This document shows positions 11,340 to 23,719 of a DNA stretch of 64,000 bases, in pieces. The notes beneath the pieces are model-generated. The model was not told the origin of the DNA. It was given only the letters and a program-made list of their open reading frames with translations, and ran no database searches. The stretch is from Anthoceros angustus (lineage: Eukaryota > Plantae > Anthocerotophyta). Position 1 is the first letter of the stretch. Every line of letters starts with the position of its first letter. The position numbers were made by a program, and so were the translations under genes. The stretch is from positions 1 through 64,000 of the forward strand of contig VJWM01000266.1 in assembly GCA_010909165.1 (NCBI GenBank), given 5' to 3'.

Positions 11340-11665
11340 TTATCAGCCATACTCGGCGATCGATGTCACCATACTGGGGCCGATCGATGCTCGGTATACG
11401 GGGCGGTCCGGTATCAGCCTTTCGGGGATCGGTATCAGCCATACTCGGGGCGGTCGGTATCAACCATACGGGGCGGTCGGATCAGCCATGCAGGGCGGTC
11501 CGATGCCATTTCTCGGGACGGTCCGGTATGACCATACTGGGGCGGTCGGTATCAACCGCCCCGGGGCGGTCCGGTATCGGCCATACTCGGGGCGATCCCG
11601 GTATCAACACCATACTGGGGCGGTCCCGATGTGACCATACGGGGCGGTCCAATATCAACATACCC
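11340..11665. repeat. GC-rich minisatellite, about 24-bp unit (catactcggggcggtcggtatcaac-like), about 12 degenerate copies
   Basis: Directly visible. Sits at the junction between element A and the next element. Confidence 0.8.
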
Positions 11666-11669
11666 TAGG

Positions 11670-11796
11670 TACCTTGACCTCGCCACGGCTGATGGTCTTC
11701 CTCCCTTTTGCGTTCACGTTCCAGCGCCCGACTCCGACTCTTGTTCTTGAAGTGGAGAAGCCCAAAGCGCACTTTGCCCTCCTTAGATATACGCCA
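11670..11796 (-). mobile_element. Family C 5' leader fragment with candidate PBS (minus strand TGGCGTATATCTAAGG, 11781-11796)
   Basis: Matches about 33660-33765 and 44900-44970. Lies directly inside LTR1 and starts with TGG. Confidence 0.6.
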
Positions 11797-11807
11797 CTGG
11801 CGGCGCA

Positions 11808-12283
11808 CAACCTAGATTGGGTTCATCATTCCAAAATCCTAATTCTATCTAAACTACCTATTTTCCTATCACCGCTATCCCTAATTAACGCTTTCTAATT
11901 ACTCTATATATTTATTCCCTATTGGTGAGCATATATAGTGGATATCCCCTCTATTCTAAATTTCCTTTTTTGGAGATTTGTCGACCTACGCGGTGATGCG
12001 ACTTACAGCGATGATCTGCTCCCTTCTCGACCTACGGCGTGGTGTGGCTCGATGATGATGCTACCAACCTTGGTGCCCTCACCGCGCCTCGGGGGGTCGT
12101 TTTGACCCGTTCTTCTTCCTGGGATATCCTCTTTGCCTTCCTAACAATATCCTACAACTCCAGCTTCAAGATTCTCAGAAAATTTCCTGGCATGCTCCTC
12201 TTCAATCGTTTCTAGCCAAAAAAATCAAACTTGTTTGTCTCCTGGCTCTTTTGGACTGGTTGCCCAAACTTTTGCGTTCCACA
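11808..12283 (-). repeat. LTR1 (about 475 bp)
   Basis: Begins TG on the minus strand (tgtggaacgc) right after a polypurine tract. Further copies at 33772, 34386 and 44978. Confidence 0.88.
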
Positions 12284-12284
12284 T

Positions 12285-12299
12285 ACTCCCCTCCTCACC
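12285..12299 (-). promoter_or_regulatory. Polypurine tract of element B
   Basis: Minus strand ggtgaggaggggagt immediately before the LTR1 TG and after the integrase stop. Confidence 0.8.
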
Positions 12300-13300
12300 T
12301 GTTTGCGTCCTCGCAAACAACAGGTACCTCGGGTTGAAGGTACTTCTTAACCTTCCACCCATTCACTCTGGTCGGCAATTCGCCGCCTAGTACCCGGAGT
12401 TGCACAGATCCATTCTCATATACTGCTACCACCTCGTAAGGTCCCATCCATCTGCTAAGCTTCCACAGGAAAGTCTAGTACTATCATATAGAAGAACCAA
12501 ATCCCGTCACGATAGTCTCTTGCTTCCTCAACCTCCCATCATGCGTCTTACGAGTTCCACAGATCCGCTGGGTTTCTTCTAAAGCATCCTCCCTATTTTC
12601 CTCTCTATGAAGCGATTCTAGTCTAGCTACTATCCTCTCGGTCATCGTTCATCCTCCATGATCACATGGTAGGTACTTCAAATTCCACGGGCATCACGGA
12701 GACATGCCATATGTTAGATAATAAGGGGTCTTCTTGGTGGTTACCTTCTCCAGCGGTCTGTAGGCCCCAGTGCAACTTAGCATCCCAATCATACATGTGT
12801 ACATTACCTTGGTGAGGATTGTGCGACCCATTCGTCTTCTCCGTCAATCCATTGCCTTTGGGGTTGTAGGGGTCGTCTTCGATGCGAATGTTGAAATAGG
12901 TGGTTAGGGACTCAACGACCGAGTTGAGGAAATGTGTCCCCCGGTCGCTGACCAACTCTAAAGGACATCCGTACCTCGTTATGATGTTCTCGAATAAAAA
13001 CTTGCTCTGCAGTGCGTCGTCCTTCCTCGTCGCTTGCTTCCACCATCTTTGTACAATAATCCGTAGCCACCAAAATGTCTGCTTCCTTGTCCATTGCGTT
13101 GGTGGTTTGATTCTCTGAAATCGATTCCCCACTTCTCGAGCGGTGCTAGATGGTAAAGGTAAGAGGCCATTGTGACAATGGGCCGTAACCCTCGCATCAC
13201 ACCTCGGTGAACTCCACACATCCTTTTGCATCGTAGCCCACGAACCGCATTCAAAATCTTCTTAACGGTCACTGTGCGAATAGTGTCCACGGCCTCTTAC
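12300..13300 (-). pseudogene. Element B integrase with GPY/F module
   Basis: APLEKWGIDF, ILVATDYCTK, FENIITRYGCPLELVSDRGTHFLN, NPKGNGLTEKTNG. C-terminal GDLVLLYDS...RWMGPYEVV...NGSVQL...TRVNGWKVKKY. Confidence 0.9.
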
Positions 13301-14149
13301 GCATGTAGCGCCTCGTGGCAGTCTTCAACCTCGAGGCATCGGATTTTATCGTCGGACCTTGTTTATACTTCCCTTCAAGCGGTGCGGCTTTATGGAAAAC
13401 AGCCGCCCTTCCTGGACAAACCATCGGCATGATTCCATGCTCCGAGAACGTACCTTCACCATTCAAATATCTCGGGCATGAACGCCCCTCGCGTTCTAAT
13501 CTCCTCCTTCCCGGGTACCACGTCGCTCCTCCTAGCTCGTCCGTTAGTAGCTCCAAGTGGCGTGGATCATCCATCCATGCCTTCTTTGCCATCACATTCT
13601 CACTGCGGCATGCCTCCTCCTCCAACTGATTTCTTCCATTCTGCTGGTCTAGCCTCGTGCTAGGTCCAGCTCGTGCTCCCATGGCGACCTCTCCTTGCAC
13701 CTCCATGGTCCTCTTGGTGATTTCCCATGAATCGCCACCTCCTTCTCTGCAATTTTCTTCAAACTTGTCATGGGATGCATCTCCTTCCTCTCTGCGCATC
13801 CACCTCCCTAGGGCCTTCTCCTCCTCACACTTGCGACCCGCCAAGTGTGGCGCCCTTCTTCGCTCAGCGGTGCTCTCATGTGGTTTTGCTTCCTTGGCCT
13901 CCACTTGCAGCCTCCTGCTCACCCTTGAGCATTCAGCCTCCTCCTCGCTTGGCGCCATCCTATCTCCCTGGTTCCAGTTGTCCTGCTGCTTTTCACTGGC
14001 GCTCCCTTCTTGCTCATTTGGCCTCTCTGCAGCAAGACTTGCTGATCAATTCTTAGGCCGTCTTATCACGTCCTCCCCTTGACCCATGGCAACCAACTCC
14101 TCGTCGAAATCGGTCGTGGCCTCAAGTCGCTCTCCGGTTTTGGGAAATG

Positions 14150-15360
14150 AAATCAGCATTGATGCTTTCCCAGCCTAGTCTCGTCGTAGTCAAACTCTTG
14201 CAGGTAGTACCCATCGGCAATCCTTCACGACAAATCGGCTTGTTGACAAGATACTTCAGCAAAATGGTCAACATGAAGCGTCACCTTGCAAGCAAGCGGA
14301 TAGTGTCTAAACTTCTTACGAGTAAATGATACCAAGACCCTCCGCTCCGTGGTTGAGTAGTTCTTCTTCGGATGTGTCTCGCATAGAAAATCGGATGATC
14401 CGTTTCTTCTCGTCCTTCGGCTTAGCGGTCCCAATGGCATAGCGGACACATCCACGTATACATGAAGTTTCTCCCAATCGGTTGTAAGCGTTGGCGCTCA
14501 CCAAAAGTCCTTCAGCTGAAAAGCCTCTGTCTTGCATTGGTCCATTCGAAGGTGTATCCTTCTTGGTCAATTGTGTCAACAAGGCTGCCTTCTTGGCGAA
14601 ATCCTTGATGAACCTCTGTAATACCCTACCTGCCCTACAAAAGCCTTTTTGCCTCACCGTTTGTGGTGCGTCCATCTCGACTATCTGCTTCTCCTTATCT
14701 ACACCAATCCTCGTGAGACTCGATGTGCTAACAAAATGCCCTCCGTCATGCCAAAATAACACTTCCCGGATGAAGTTTCATGTTCGACTCCTGCATTTCA
14801 TTGCCTCAAATGGTCTAGATCACGGTTTCTCCTCCCAAACACGCAAAAATCATCTAGGAATACCTCCATGAACTTCCTGAAAATCTCGGAATATCGCGTT
14901 CACCACCGTTGGAAAGTGGCGGGGCATTGCACAACCGAAGGGAGCTTGAATAGCGTAAGTTCCCCAATCCGTTGTGAGCGTTGTCTTGTCTGATCCTCCT
15001 TCCTAGAAAATCGGTGTACCGAATACCCATCAAGCTGTACATCTCATTCATGTCCGCTGCTCCATGAAAGGTAAAGGGTGATGATCCTTCTTCGTTGCTT
15101 CATTGAGCTTCACGAAATCTTGACACGAACCTTTCCTGCTTGCTTCTTGGTACAATCACGATGGTGCGACCCACTCCTTTGGTGAGCCTTGGATAAATAC
15201 CCACCTCCAAATATTGGTCGGTGATCCTTAACAACCATGGAATACTTGGGATTGACTGTTGCTTGATCCTCACAGTCTTGCCCTCCTTCAAGTCGATTCG
15301 ATGTATCCCAGTTCTTCGGTATTCTGTCATGTCGTAATCTTGAAGGCAAACACATCGACA
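14150..15360 (-). pseudogene. Element B RT and RNase H
   Basis: HRIDLKEGKTVR, YLEVGI, IVIVP, RFIKDFAKKAALLTQLTKKD, NYSTTE, KFRHY...LHVDH. Confidence 0.85.
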
Positions 15361-15699
15361 TACTCCCTAAGCACTCTGAAACTCTTCTCTACTCATCCTA
15401 GATAGAAAATCTTGACTACCTTGCTAGGTTCTAACTCTAGGTCTTCTGACATCGGGATCTACATGTTCCTTTTGCTACCTATCTTGGTTCGGATCCCTCT
15501 TCGGAAAATCTCGATCATAGGCCTTACCCTTCCAAAGGCTACTCCTTCTATGGGCCTCATCCTTGCTCTTCTGACTTCCTCTATGTAAGCAGTACAATCA
15601 CTCTTTATTTTGACCTCGGAGGACCCCGATATGCTCGATCCTTTGCAGGAGCTTACCCGTGCTACAGGGTGTACCCATCGGTGGTTGAGACTCCCCTCA

Positions 15700-16000
15700 T
15701 AGGAGCCTTGCTCCATGACACAAAAGCGATCGCCGCGTATCTCTTGGACTTGAAGGTGATGCCACTACGACCAAAATCAAAAACACACGCAGTACCATAC
15801 AACCAAGGCCTACCTATCAAAACCTTATAGCCTAAATCCGAAACCGGCCGCATCACAATGTAGGTAAGATGGAAGGTGAGACCCCCAATCAGTGGGTACA
15901 TTCTTGACCCCCAAGCTTTCTCCTTGCAGTGGCCATCGTAAAATACTCGGGCGGGTGGCTCGGTGAACCCAAGTTGATGAGTCTCCTCCGTCATCAAGTT
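15700..16000 (-). pseudogene. Element B aspartic protease
   Basis: NLMTEETHQLGFT...TYIVMRPVSDLGYKVLIGRPWLYGTACVFDF. Confidence 0.75.
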
Positions 16001-16649
16001 GACTCCGATCCGAATCTAATGGCACGTTGGGCACCAAACACCCCAATTTCAACCTCAATCTCGGGTGCCCCAAATCAATGAGTTCGACCACATTTACCTC
16101 CACCGGTTTCTCCCTCCACTACTTGATTCCCAGTCCTTCACAATTTTGCGGGATCTCGGACTCACAAAAGCATCTCAAGACCACAAATTCGGTCGGTCAA
16201 TAATCGTGGGGAGATCTTATCGACAAGGTTTCCTCCCGTTTGCCACAGCTGGTCGATTCGACCTTATTGGTGGTTCGATTCATGATCCCCTCCGGTGGGA
16301 CCCCTACGGCGGATCAACAATTTCGGCTCATACCTTCGTCTTTGTCGGGTGAGCTGTTTAGCTCATCTTCCGCCGCCGCCGCCCGGTGATATCGAGGAGC
16401 AGTCGTTCCTCCTTCCTTGGCCCTTCTTGCCGCCCTAGGGGTAGGCTGTCTACCCGTGGTGCCGGACTAGGGTGTGCCTGCCCTTCTTGGGTGGGTCCGT
16501 TCCTTCTCCTCTCGCGCCAGCGCGCGTCTCTGGAGGCCAGGTGAGTCGTCCCTCACCTTCCTCCGCTTCCTTTCCTCGTGCTCGCCGTTTTCCGCATTCG
16601 GCCTTTCTCTCGGCTTGATCGGTGGTCACCTTGGCCACCATCAACCTTC

Positions 16650-18400
16650 ATCCGCTCATCTCTCCTTCCCCTCTTCCACAATTCGATGTCACCTTTGGAT
16701 CGTCGAAATCATACTCGCCTCCACCTTCAACCGGTGTAGTGGTCTGTCGCGGTTTCGGGATTGGGTGTCTCTTCCTGCGCTCGTGAACGACTCCACAGTT
16801 GGTGTCACTCGCGCCACCCGTACACAGGATCCCCATTTATGTCCCAATTCCTTTATACAGGGCACATAACCCACTTGCTTCCGTGGTTACGGGCATTCGT
16901 TTGAGTAGTGACACAGGTGCTCCAATTATAACAACATCCTGTGGAATCGCCATGCCTTTGCGATGGATCCGGTCTCCATGGTCTGGCGATGTCGGTCGCG
17001 ATCCATACCTTGAGGGGCGGGTGTAGTCGGTTGGTTAAGCCCTCATTGATTGAGGTGGCCGACTTCGATGACGCTTGCACTGGTAGCTTCATCCACATAC
17101 CAATAATCTCGGCATGGCGGTTTCCACATGATTTACGCGCGTATCGTGGTGCGAATACATTCGGTTGGTGTGTCCCGTTTGATGACAAATTGAGCAATAC
17201 ACCAAGCTCGTGAGGAGATCTTTGAGCTTGATTCTTCCTTTGACCTCTAACTTTCGGTCTTGGTCAAAGCCTCCACTTGTCCCTCCTCCTGCTGCTTTCT
17301 CCTTCTCCATCCGACGGACCGTCTTCCCTTCCTCTCCTTCTCCGGTCGCGTTCCTTCTTCTTGTCGTTTGACCTTCTCCGGTCCTTCTTCATTCGTCGTT
17401 CGTAGGCCTTCTCGATTCTTCATCCGATGTGGAGCTTTCTTGAGTTCATTGTCCTCACTTTCGATGAGGGAGGCGGCTGGAGGAGGCGGAGGAAGGAGCT
17501 AGATCTCCTCGATCCTTTCCTCTTCTTATGACTTAGCCTCTTCTTCTTCTCCTCCCCAACTCGGCGGACTCCCATTCCTCGTAGCGGAGGCTCACCTTAC
17601 GTCTTTTGTCCACGCTGCGGTGTACCTCCATTTTTTTGACAAGCCACTCACAAACCAATCCAACGCTTGCTCTTGTGAGTACCAGGAGGTGGTGGATCTC
17701 CGGCCTCTCGGGTGCACATTTGAACTCGATCGGATCATAAAACCTCTCCACATAATCGAACAAGATTCGCTTCTTTGAAGGGGTTCTCAACTTCCAAGTG
17801 TGGTGTGCGTGAGCCCTCGAACCGATTCAAGAAGGCGCTTTGAGAGCTTCCCAATCCGGCGCCGATTTGTGCGACCATACCTTATTGCATGCCCTCTCGA
17901 TCCGGAAGATCGTGATCGATCGGCGACTCCATCCTCCAAATTAGCGTGGGAGGCGTGCTCGAAAGTTCTTACAAGCGCCTCGCGTCATCTCCTTCTTCTT
18001 CTCGCCGAATTTGGCGTATTCTTGGCGGTATGTGAGTGGCCCTCCTCCTCCACCAACTCCACTTGCTTTGATCGCTGCCCCAACACTTCTTCTTCCTTGG
18101 GATAACGAAAGCGGATCGGGATCCTTTGAGCAATCTTGACCAGCGGAGGAGTAGCGACCTCCCTTGTGGTTCGTCCCAGATCAATTGATCGGAGATTCGA
18201 TCGAGGCGTTCCAATCCTCGACCGGGCAGAAATTCCCGCTCGGCGACCTCGTCGTCATGTCGATTCCTTTGGAAGTTGGGGTGGTCTCACCGCTTTGAGA
18301 AGCAAAGCGTCGTGGGCTCCGCGGTGGGCGGGTAGGTCGTGCTCGGAGGCCTCTCTCCGCTTTGGACACCAATTCTCTTCCACGACCTCCTTCCTCTCGC
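16650..18400 (-). pseudogene. gag: Element B gag with degenerate zinc knuckle
   Basis: YCSICHQTGHT in ORF 17089..17310, with gag-like charged segments upstream. Confidence 0.65.
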
Positions 18401-19074
18401 TGTCGGTGATCTCCGCCTCTTCTTCCTCAATTTCTCGTCTTGCCCGATTCGCCTCCTTCGTTTACTGGAGTCAAGGTGACTTCTTCGCGATCGATGCTTT
18501 CGCCTTCCTCCTGCCCTCGGGTAGCGGCGTAATGACTTCTTCCCTCAAACATGCTAATCTTGGAAGGGGGTTAATCTGATGAGGGTTTTCAACCAAATAT
18601 CGTCGGAAGGGGTTTGGGATGGGTGCGTCTGCTGCTTTGGGCAACATCGGTCGAAGGCACGAAAATAAAGTCGATAAGGGATGAAATTGGCGTCGGGCGG
18701 TGTCTCCATCACACAAAGGGTTAGGCGTGGTTCGGCCATCAATTTGGCATATCGACCCATGCTTGCTTACCATAAGTACCGGAAGGACTAAAAGGGCAGG
18801 TTGTTGAGGCCTGATCTAAATAAACAAGGTCTTTTGAAGACATTGGGCAATCTTCAGTCATCATTGGTAAAGAATGGTGCTTCTTTCCGAACCGTCGTCC
18901 GAACCCATAGTCTTTTGTTTTTGGCAAGAAGGGCCTCGGCCGGTGGGCAGCGCCACAGCTCAATTTCACGATTTAGGATTTAGGCATGCGTCGGATGGGT
19001 TATATACGTTGCGAACAAAATGTACAATACGGGGTGCGGAAAAGCGGTTTCCATGCTACTAAAGGATGGTGAAA

Positions 19075-19104
19075 AATGGCGGGCGCGGCCCGGCGCCCGC
19101 CATT
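19075..19104. other. Perfect GC-rich hairpin (12-bp stem aatggcgggcgc / gcgcccgccatt, 6-nt loop)
   Basis: Directly visible inverted repeat. Function unknown. Confidence 0.8.
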
Positions 19105-19449
19105 GTCCTGTTGACACGCAACCTACGGCGAAGTGACTCCAACTTCTTCAACTTCCGATCACGAATGATAGCACCAACGGTGATTCCCTATCACTAGCGA
19201 GCTCCCACTTTGAGCCTAACACTTGGCGGTCACTTCGGCAGTCGAGAGTAAACCCTCTTGTCTACCGATGTCCACCGATGTTTGCCTCCACTTTCATCTT
19301 TTCACTCATCTCCCGAATTGACACCTTCCATGTCCAAGGGCCCGATGTCCTCACCGTCTTCGTCACTATCTTCTGCACTTTGGTGGCTCGATGAAGCCCA
19401 ATTCATTCAACTTATCCGATCGCTTTTTGTCAATGGAATAGAGATGTTT

Positions 19450-22200
19450 ACGAATTCAAAGCGAACCCATAATACAAGATAGCGGTTTTATTGATGAAGA
19501 CTTCTTGAACATTCTTGAAATTTGCCTTCCCACCCTTTTTCCTTCAATCCCTGTCTCGGTGGATGCGGAATCACATATTCTTCCACGTATCTGCCTTCAT
19601 ATGCATCTGTGTGCTCAGTCCTGTACCAGTGAACCAGGAAATGAGGCTCTTCCACATCCAACCTCACCTGATTAACTTTCCCAATCCAGAAAGGCCGATT
19701 ATGCGTATCGCTGGTACAAGGTACTGCGATGAACATCCCTTCCTTTATGTCTTTTACATCTCCATGCAAACGTGCCATTTCCTGCTGCTGCCTTCCCAAC
19801 TGTCGGTAAGGCCCCAAGTACATATCCCGTTGGGGGAGTTCTCTTAGCAACGCCTCCTCTAGGATAGCTTCATCGGGAACTTGGAGTGGTTGTTTTTCTT
19901 CGATTCGAGAGAACCATTTCCACGGCACTTCTAGTGCGAGCCCAATGTTGTTCTCCACGATTATTGCGATTTCTTCTTGGTCCAATGCTTCCCACCATCC
20001 ATATTCTCCCGGTCACATATGGCGGCTCAAGCAGACCGCTCTCAAATGTGCCACTCCTTGTCGGAGATAACCCCCACGTCCCTTTCTTGTCTCGAGCCGG
20101 AGGCCGGCGGTCTTGTTGTTATGTCGTTGGAGGGACAAATTTCAAAAACTCCAACCCGGCGGTTTCCCAATACATCGATGTCGAATATTGCTTGCTCCTA
20201 ATTCATCACCATTACAGTGCGGTTTGTCTTCTCTGGTGATTTTAAAGCGTCTGGAAAGATAAGTTGTTCAATTTTCTCACCGATGAATATGCAGCGACCA
20301 TCGCTTGTCTAATCGGCCATACATATGAAGTCCGGACCTCCGCAAAACTTTGATCTCCGGTGTAGGCGTGTATGCATGAACCAAGATGTCGGTAGCGGAA
20401 GAGTGTGTGCCTCCTTGTGCTTCAAGCTTTTGGAAAAGCAAGAGAACATTTGGTCGATTTGGTCGTGAGTGTGCCCAACAAGGAGGAACCCAACCTTCAC
20501 CTTAAAGTTCCCATATCAACTAGCATGTTCAAATAAAACAACAGCTGGTTCTTGTTTTCCCAAGTGTTGTTGTCGCTGCAAATAGAGCACTTTGGGTAGC
20601 ACTCCTTTATAATTAAGAATAACATCTTGAATAATCACGATTGTCGATTCGCATCGTTCCTCAAATTGGCATAGTGCAAAACACTCTTGCTGCGTCGTAT
20701 AATTGTGGATCATGCAACCCACTTGCACATACACGGCTCCTCATCAAGATTCTTTGGCCAACGAGTGTGGAATCTCGGTCTTCTTGGTCCATTCCGTCTA
20801 TAGCGAGCATGTACTTATCCGGTTCCCAAACTCTTTTCACGGTGTTTTGCCATTTTTCCCGCTCCTCCCGGTACGGTGTGCCTCTAACGCGCGATATTTT
20901 TCGCCCCACCAAACACGCGTTCCAAGTGTCACATCCTTCCAAGTTTTCACGTTCCCAATTTCACACATACAAACACGCTTCTTCCACACCACAAGAATCC
21001 ATGAAACCCATTGCATACAACAAACCGATGTCGTGGACTATCACCTCTTCACACATACATTTACCATCTTCCCCAATCTAAAATCTACAAAACGTCCACC
21101 TTCTAGGTCATATATTATGGTTGGCGAGTTTGAAGGTGGATGGGGCCGGGCGGCGCCCCGGGGCCCCCTAAACTCGACCAATCAAACCTACAACCTGGGG
21201 CCATCCATGAACAAGGACACGAGTTTCAAACATGGTACTCGGGCAACGATGCAGTCGGTCATCCAGGGGTGGCGGCGGGCCGCCTCCCTCAGTTTTCGAA
21301 CCATCCGCATACCGGTGCTCATTCGGAACTATGGGATGAACGAAAAACTCCTCCCACCGGCAGATGGGTTGTACTAGTGGTAGAGTGATATCTACCTTGA
21401 TCAACCTTCGAGTTGTATTCGAATGGTGGTCTTTAACCACGCATATTGAGCGGTCGAGAACTGTTGGATTTGGGAATCTTCACTCGGTGAAGTTAGATTT
21501 CCATAACTTCAAAAACCACGTCGTCACAAAGCTGCGGACGAGCTTTGACACGCCGTTTGTACAATGACCATATCTCCGCTTTGTATAGGTGTCGGGCGTT
21601 ATACACACACGCGTTGAAGTCTTCACCATGAAGCAGCATTATCCATCCACGCTAGAGCACCAAGTGCATGACGGGACTTATGAATTGGGGTTGGTTCGAA
21701 CACTATCCCACGGGCATTCCTCATGACCCCCTTTCGATTCCTCGTATGTTGCCCCATACAATATACTCTTCAAGGCCTTCACGCATAGCAGTAGCGAGGA
21801 ACCGATCCCATAACATGCGTAAAACTCTTTCTTTGTTAGTTTGACTCGGGTCCCGATATCGAGGCTTTGAAGAAATGTCTCTTGCTCTTGCACGCACATT
21901 GTGAGGAACCTATATCGTTGCTCGAAGGCCTTGCTTGGTCAACCTCTGCATGCACATTTGGTTGCAACACGGTTTAAGAAAGTCCGTCACCTTCTCCATT
22001 CACATTTTGCAAAGACACCCCGCCGTCGCGCTTGTCCGCCATGCTTTGTTGTCATCAATGTCTCACTTAAAGGCTTGGGATGGAATGTTCCGGATGCACC
22101 AGTAGGAGGAGGGTGAACAAAGTCATCATCCCCATCCTCGATCCACGGATCATTTGCTTGGGAAGAACTCGATCCTGCGGTCATCCTCGCATCGCTCCTT
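19450..22200 (-). pseudogene. Sola1-like (DDD) DNA transposase remnant
   Basis: Reconstructed across frameshifts: IDGMDQ (about 20785), VLYLQ.DN..ENKN (about 20560) and KVGFLLVGHTHDQIDQMFS (about 20450-20500). Upstream FLKLWKSNFTE.KIPK, C..C and EFYACYGIG. The superfamily label comes from my recall of the motif pattern. Confidence 0.7.
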
Positions 22201-23719
22201 GGCGGAACAAACCACGACGGATTCGCACCCCATCTCCCTTCCTTCCGTGTCTTCGCGATGCGATTCCATCAATGGCGCATATAAGTTCAAGTTCACGGGG
22301 TCATGGGCACCCCAGGAATCGGAGAGGGCGCTTGTCGATGGCGGAGCATTACATACCACTTCGTGCGGTGTGCATGAGATGGAATCGCCACGGATGGGGT
22401 GGACTATTCGCCACAACATTGTCTTCACCGCAAACAAGGCTTTCTTGTTGAAGGCAAACTAACCTTCCGGAGTTCGGACTCGTTTTGTTGCTCATGATCG
22501 GGCGGGGCCGCGGGGCCCCATTCTCTGACCATCCTTGGCTCCTCACAAGAGAGTCACCTACCATGAAATCAAAGACCCCTCTTCACACCTGTTCTGCTGC
22601 GACAACATCAATGTCGTCATTACATGGGTGAGCAGACGGAGGATGCAAACCCAACACTTGTTCTCAAGTACATGTTCCCCTTGATCGCACAAAGTGAGGA
22701 ATGAACTTTGTGAGACAAACTCGACCTCTTCGACAACCGATGTGGGTGGCGCGCATTGTCGCCGGACTCCGCACCTCTAACCTGAAATATGGTCCTCACT
22801 CTTCACAGGCGTGGTATGCCATGACATAGGCGTGGGTGAAGGTAAGGTGGAAATGCCATTATGAGCAAATAAACCGAAAGATCTTCACCGTAGAACTTGG
22901 CGGTGCGAGGCACCGCCTCTTCATTGTTTTCTCGGCATTGGGGTTCACATGTACGGCTTTTGACTTAGGGTCCTATAAATGGTTTCCATGTAATCATTCC
23001 TTAATTGACATTTATGGTTAGGGTTGCCGGCACATGTGTATGGCGTGAGCAGGCGTCATACTTTCGATTCAGTGGAGAGTAACCCGAGAGAGAGCAAGTT
23101 CTTCCAGCCAGACGGAGCGGTGGCGCCTCGGCAGCATCAACTCTCGGAGCGAAGGACTTTTGGCTCCCCCAGACGCGACTTCTCCGCCGATCCTCCGCCA
23201 TTTCCTCTTCGCCGATTCACATAGTCTTGTATGGCCCTCCCCTTCCCTCGCAAATTTCCTTCAAGTTGTGGGGCCGATTCCTTCTTTGAATTGCGGCTTC
23301 CTATGGCATTGTATCTAATCTCTTGAGGATGGCAAGCGGCGAAGTAGGAAGGAACGTGGAGAACCGGAGAACATCGACCCGATGCCCAAAACCAAGAAAT
23401 CCGGCCCGGCAGAAGAAGGATGCGGCGGTGAATTTGGTGTGGATGTCGGAGAAACGCGGCCTACCTCCGGTGGCGCGAGATACAACCAGCCATCAAGCAC
23501 CAGCCACGAGGTAATTTGTCAATTGGGCATGGGAAATCGGGCAGCCTAACATCCGGGAAGGCGGCTGGAAGGAGAAGGCTGCGAGGAGACCGAGGAAGAG
23601 ACCCCACATCGGTGCAGCGCCTATTCCAACGCCATTTAACTATGAGGATCTGTTGCCATCGTTGGGGAGCAAGGTGGAGGCCTGCTCGAGAAGGACCGGA
23701 TGTTGACACGGGATGAGGA

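Larger units (their letters stand above)
12300..18550 (-). mobile_element. Element B: Athila/Tat-type (non-chromovirus) Ty3/gypsy internal region, 5' truncated
   Basis: gag, PR, RT, RH and INT motifs in order on the minus strand. Athila-type wording (EKWGIDF, RWMGPY, RVNG). No 5' LTR found. Confidence 0.88.

Noticed and set aside
11200-11340. 3' LTR/PPT of element A (agtggggga or aaagaggaggagga candidates)
   Set aside because: No matching 5' copy is visible upstream of gag, and the sequence runs into a minisatellite and element C/LTR1.
11200-11668. C-terminal 150 aa of ORF 10967..11668 as real protein
   Set aside because: It is a read-through into the minisatellite (repeated ILGRS/HTGRS); only the PHD portion is credible.
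19075-19115. Helitron 3' terminus
   Set aside because: The hairpin is present but no CTRR follows on either strand, and there are no Rep/helicase motifs.
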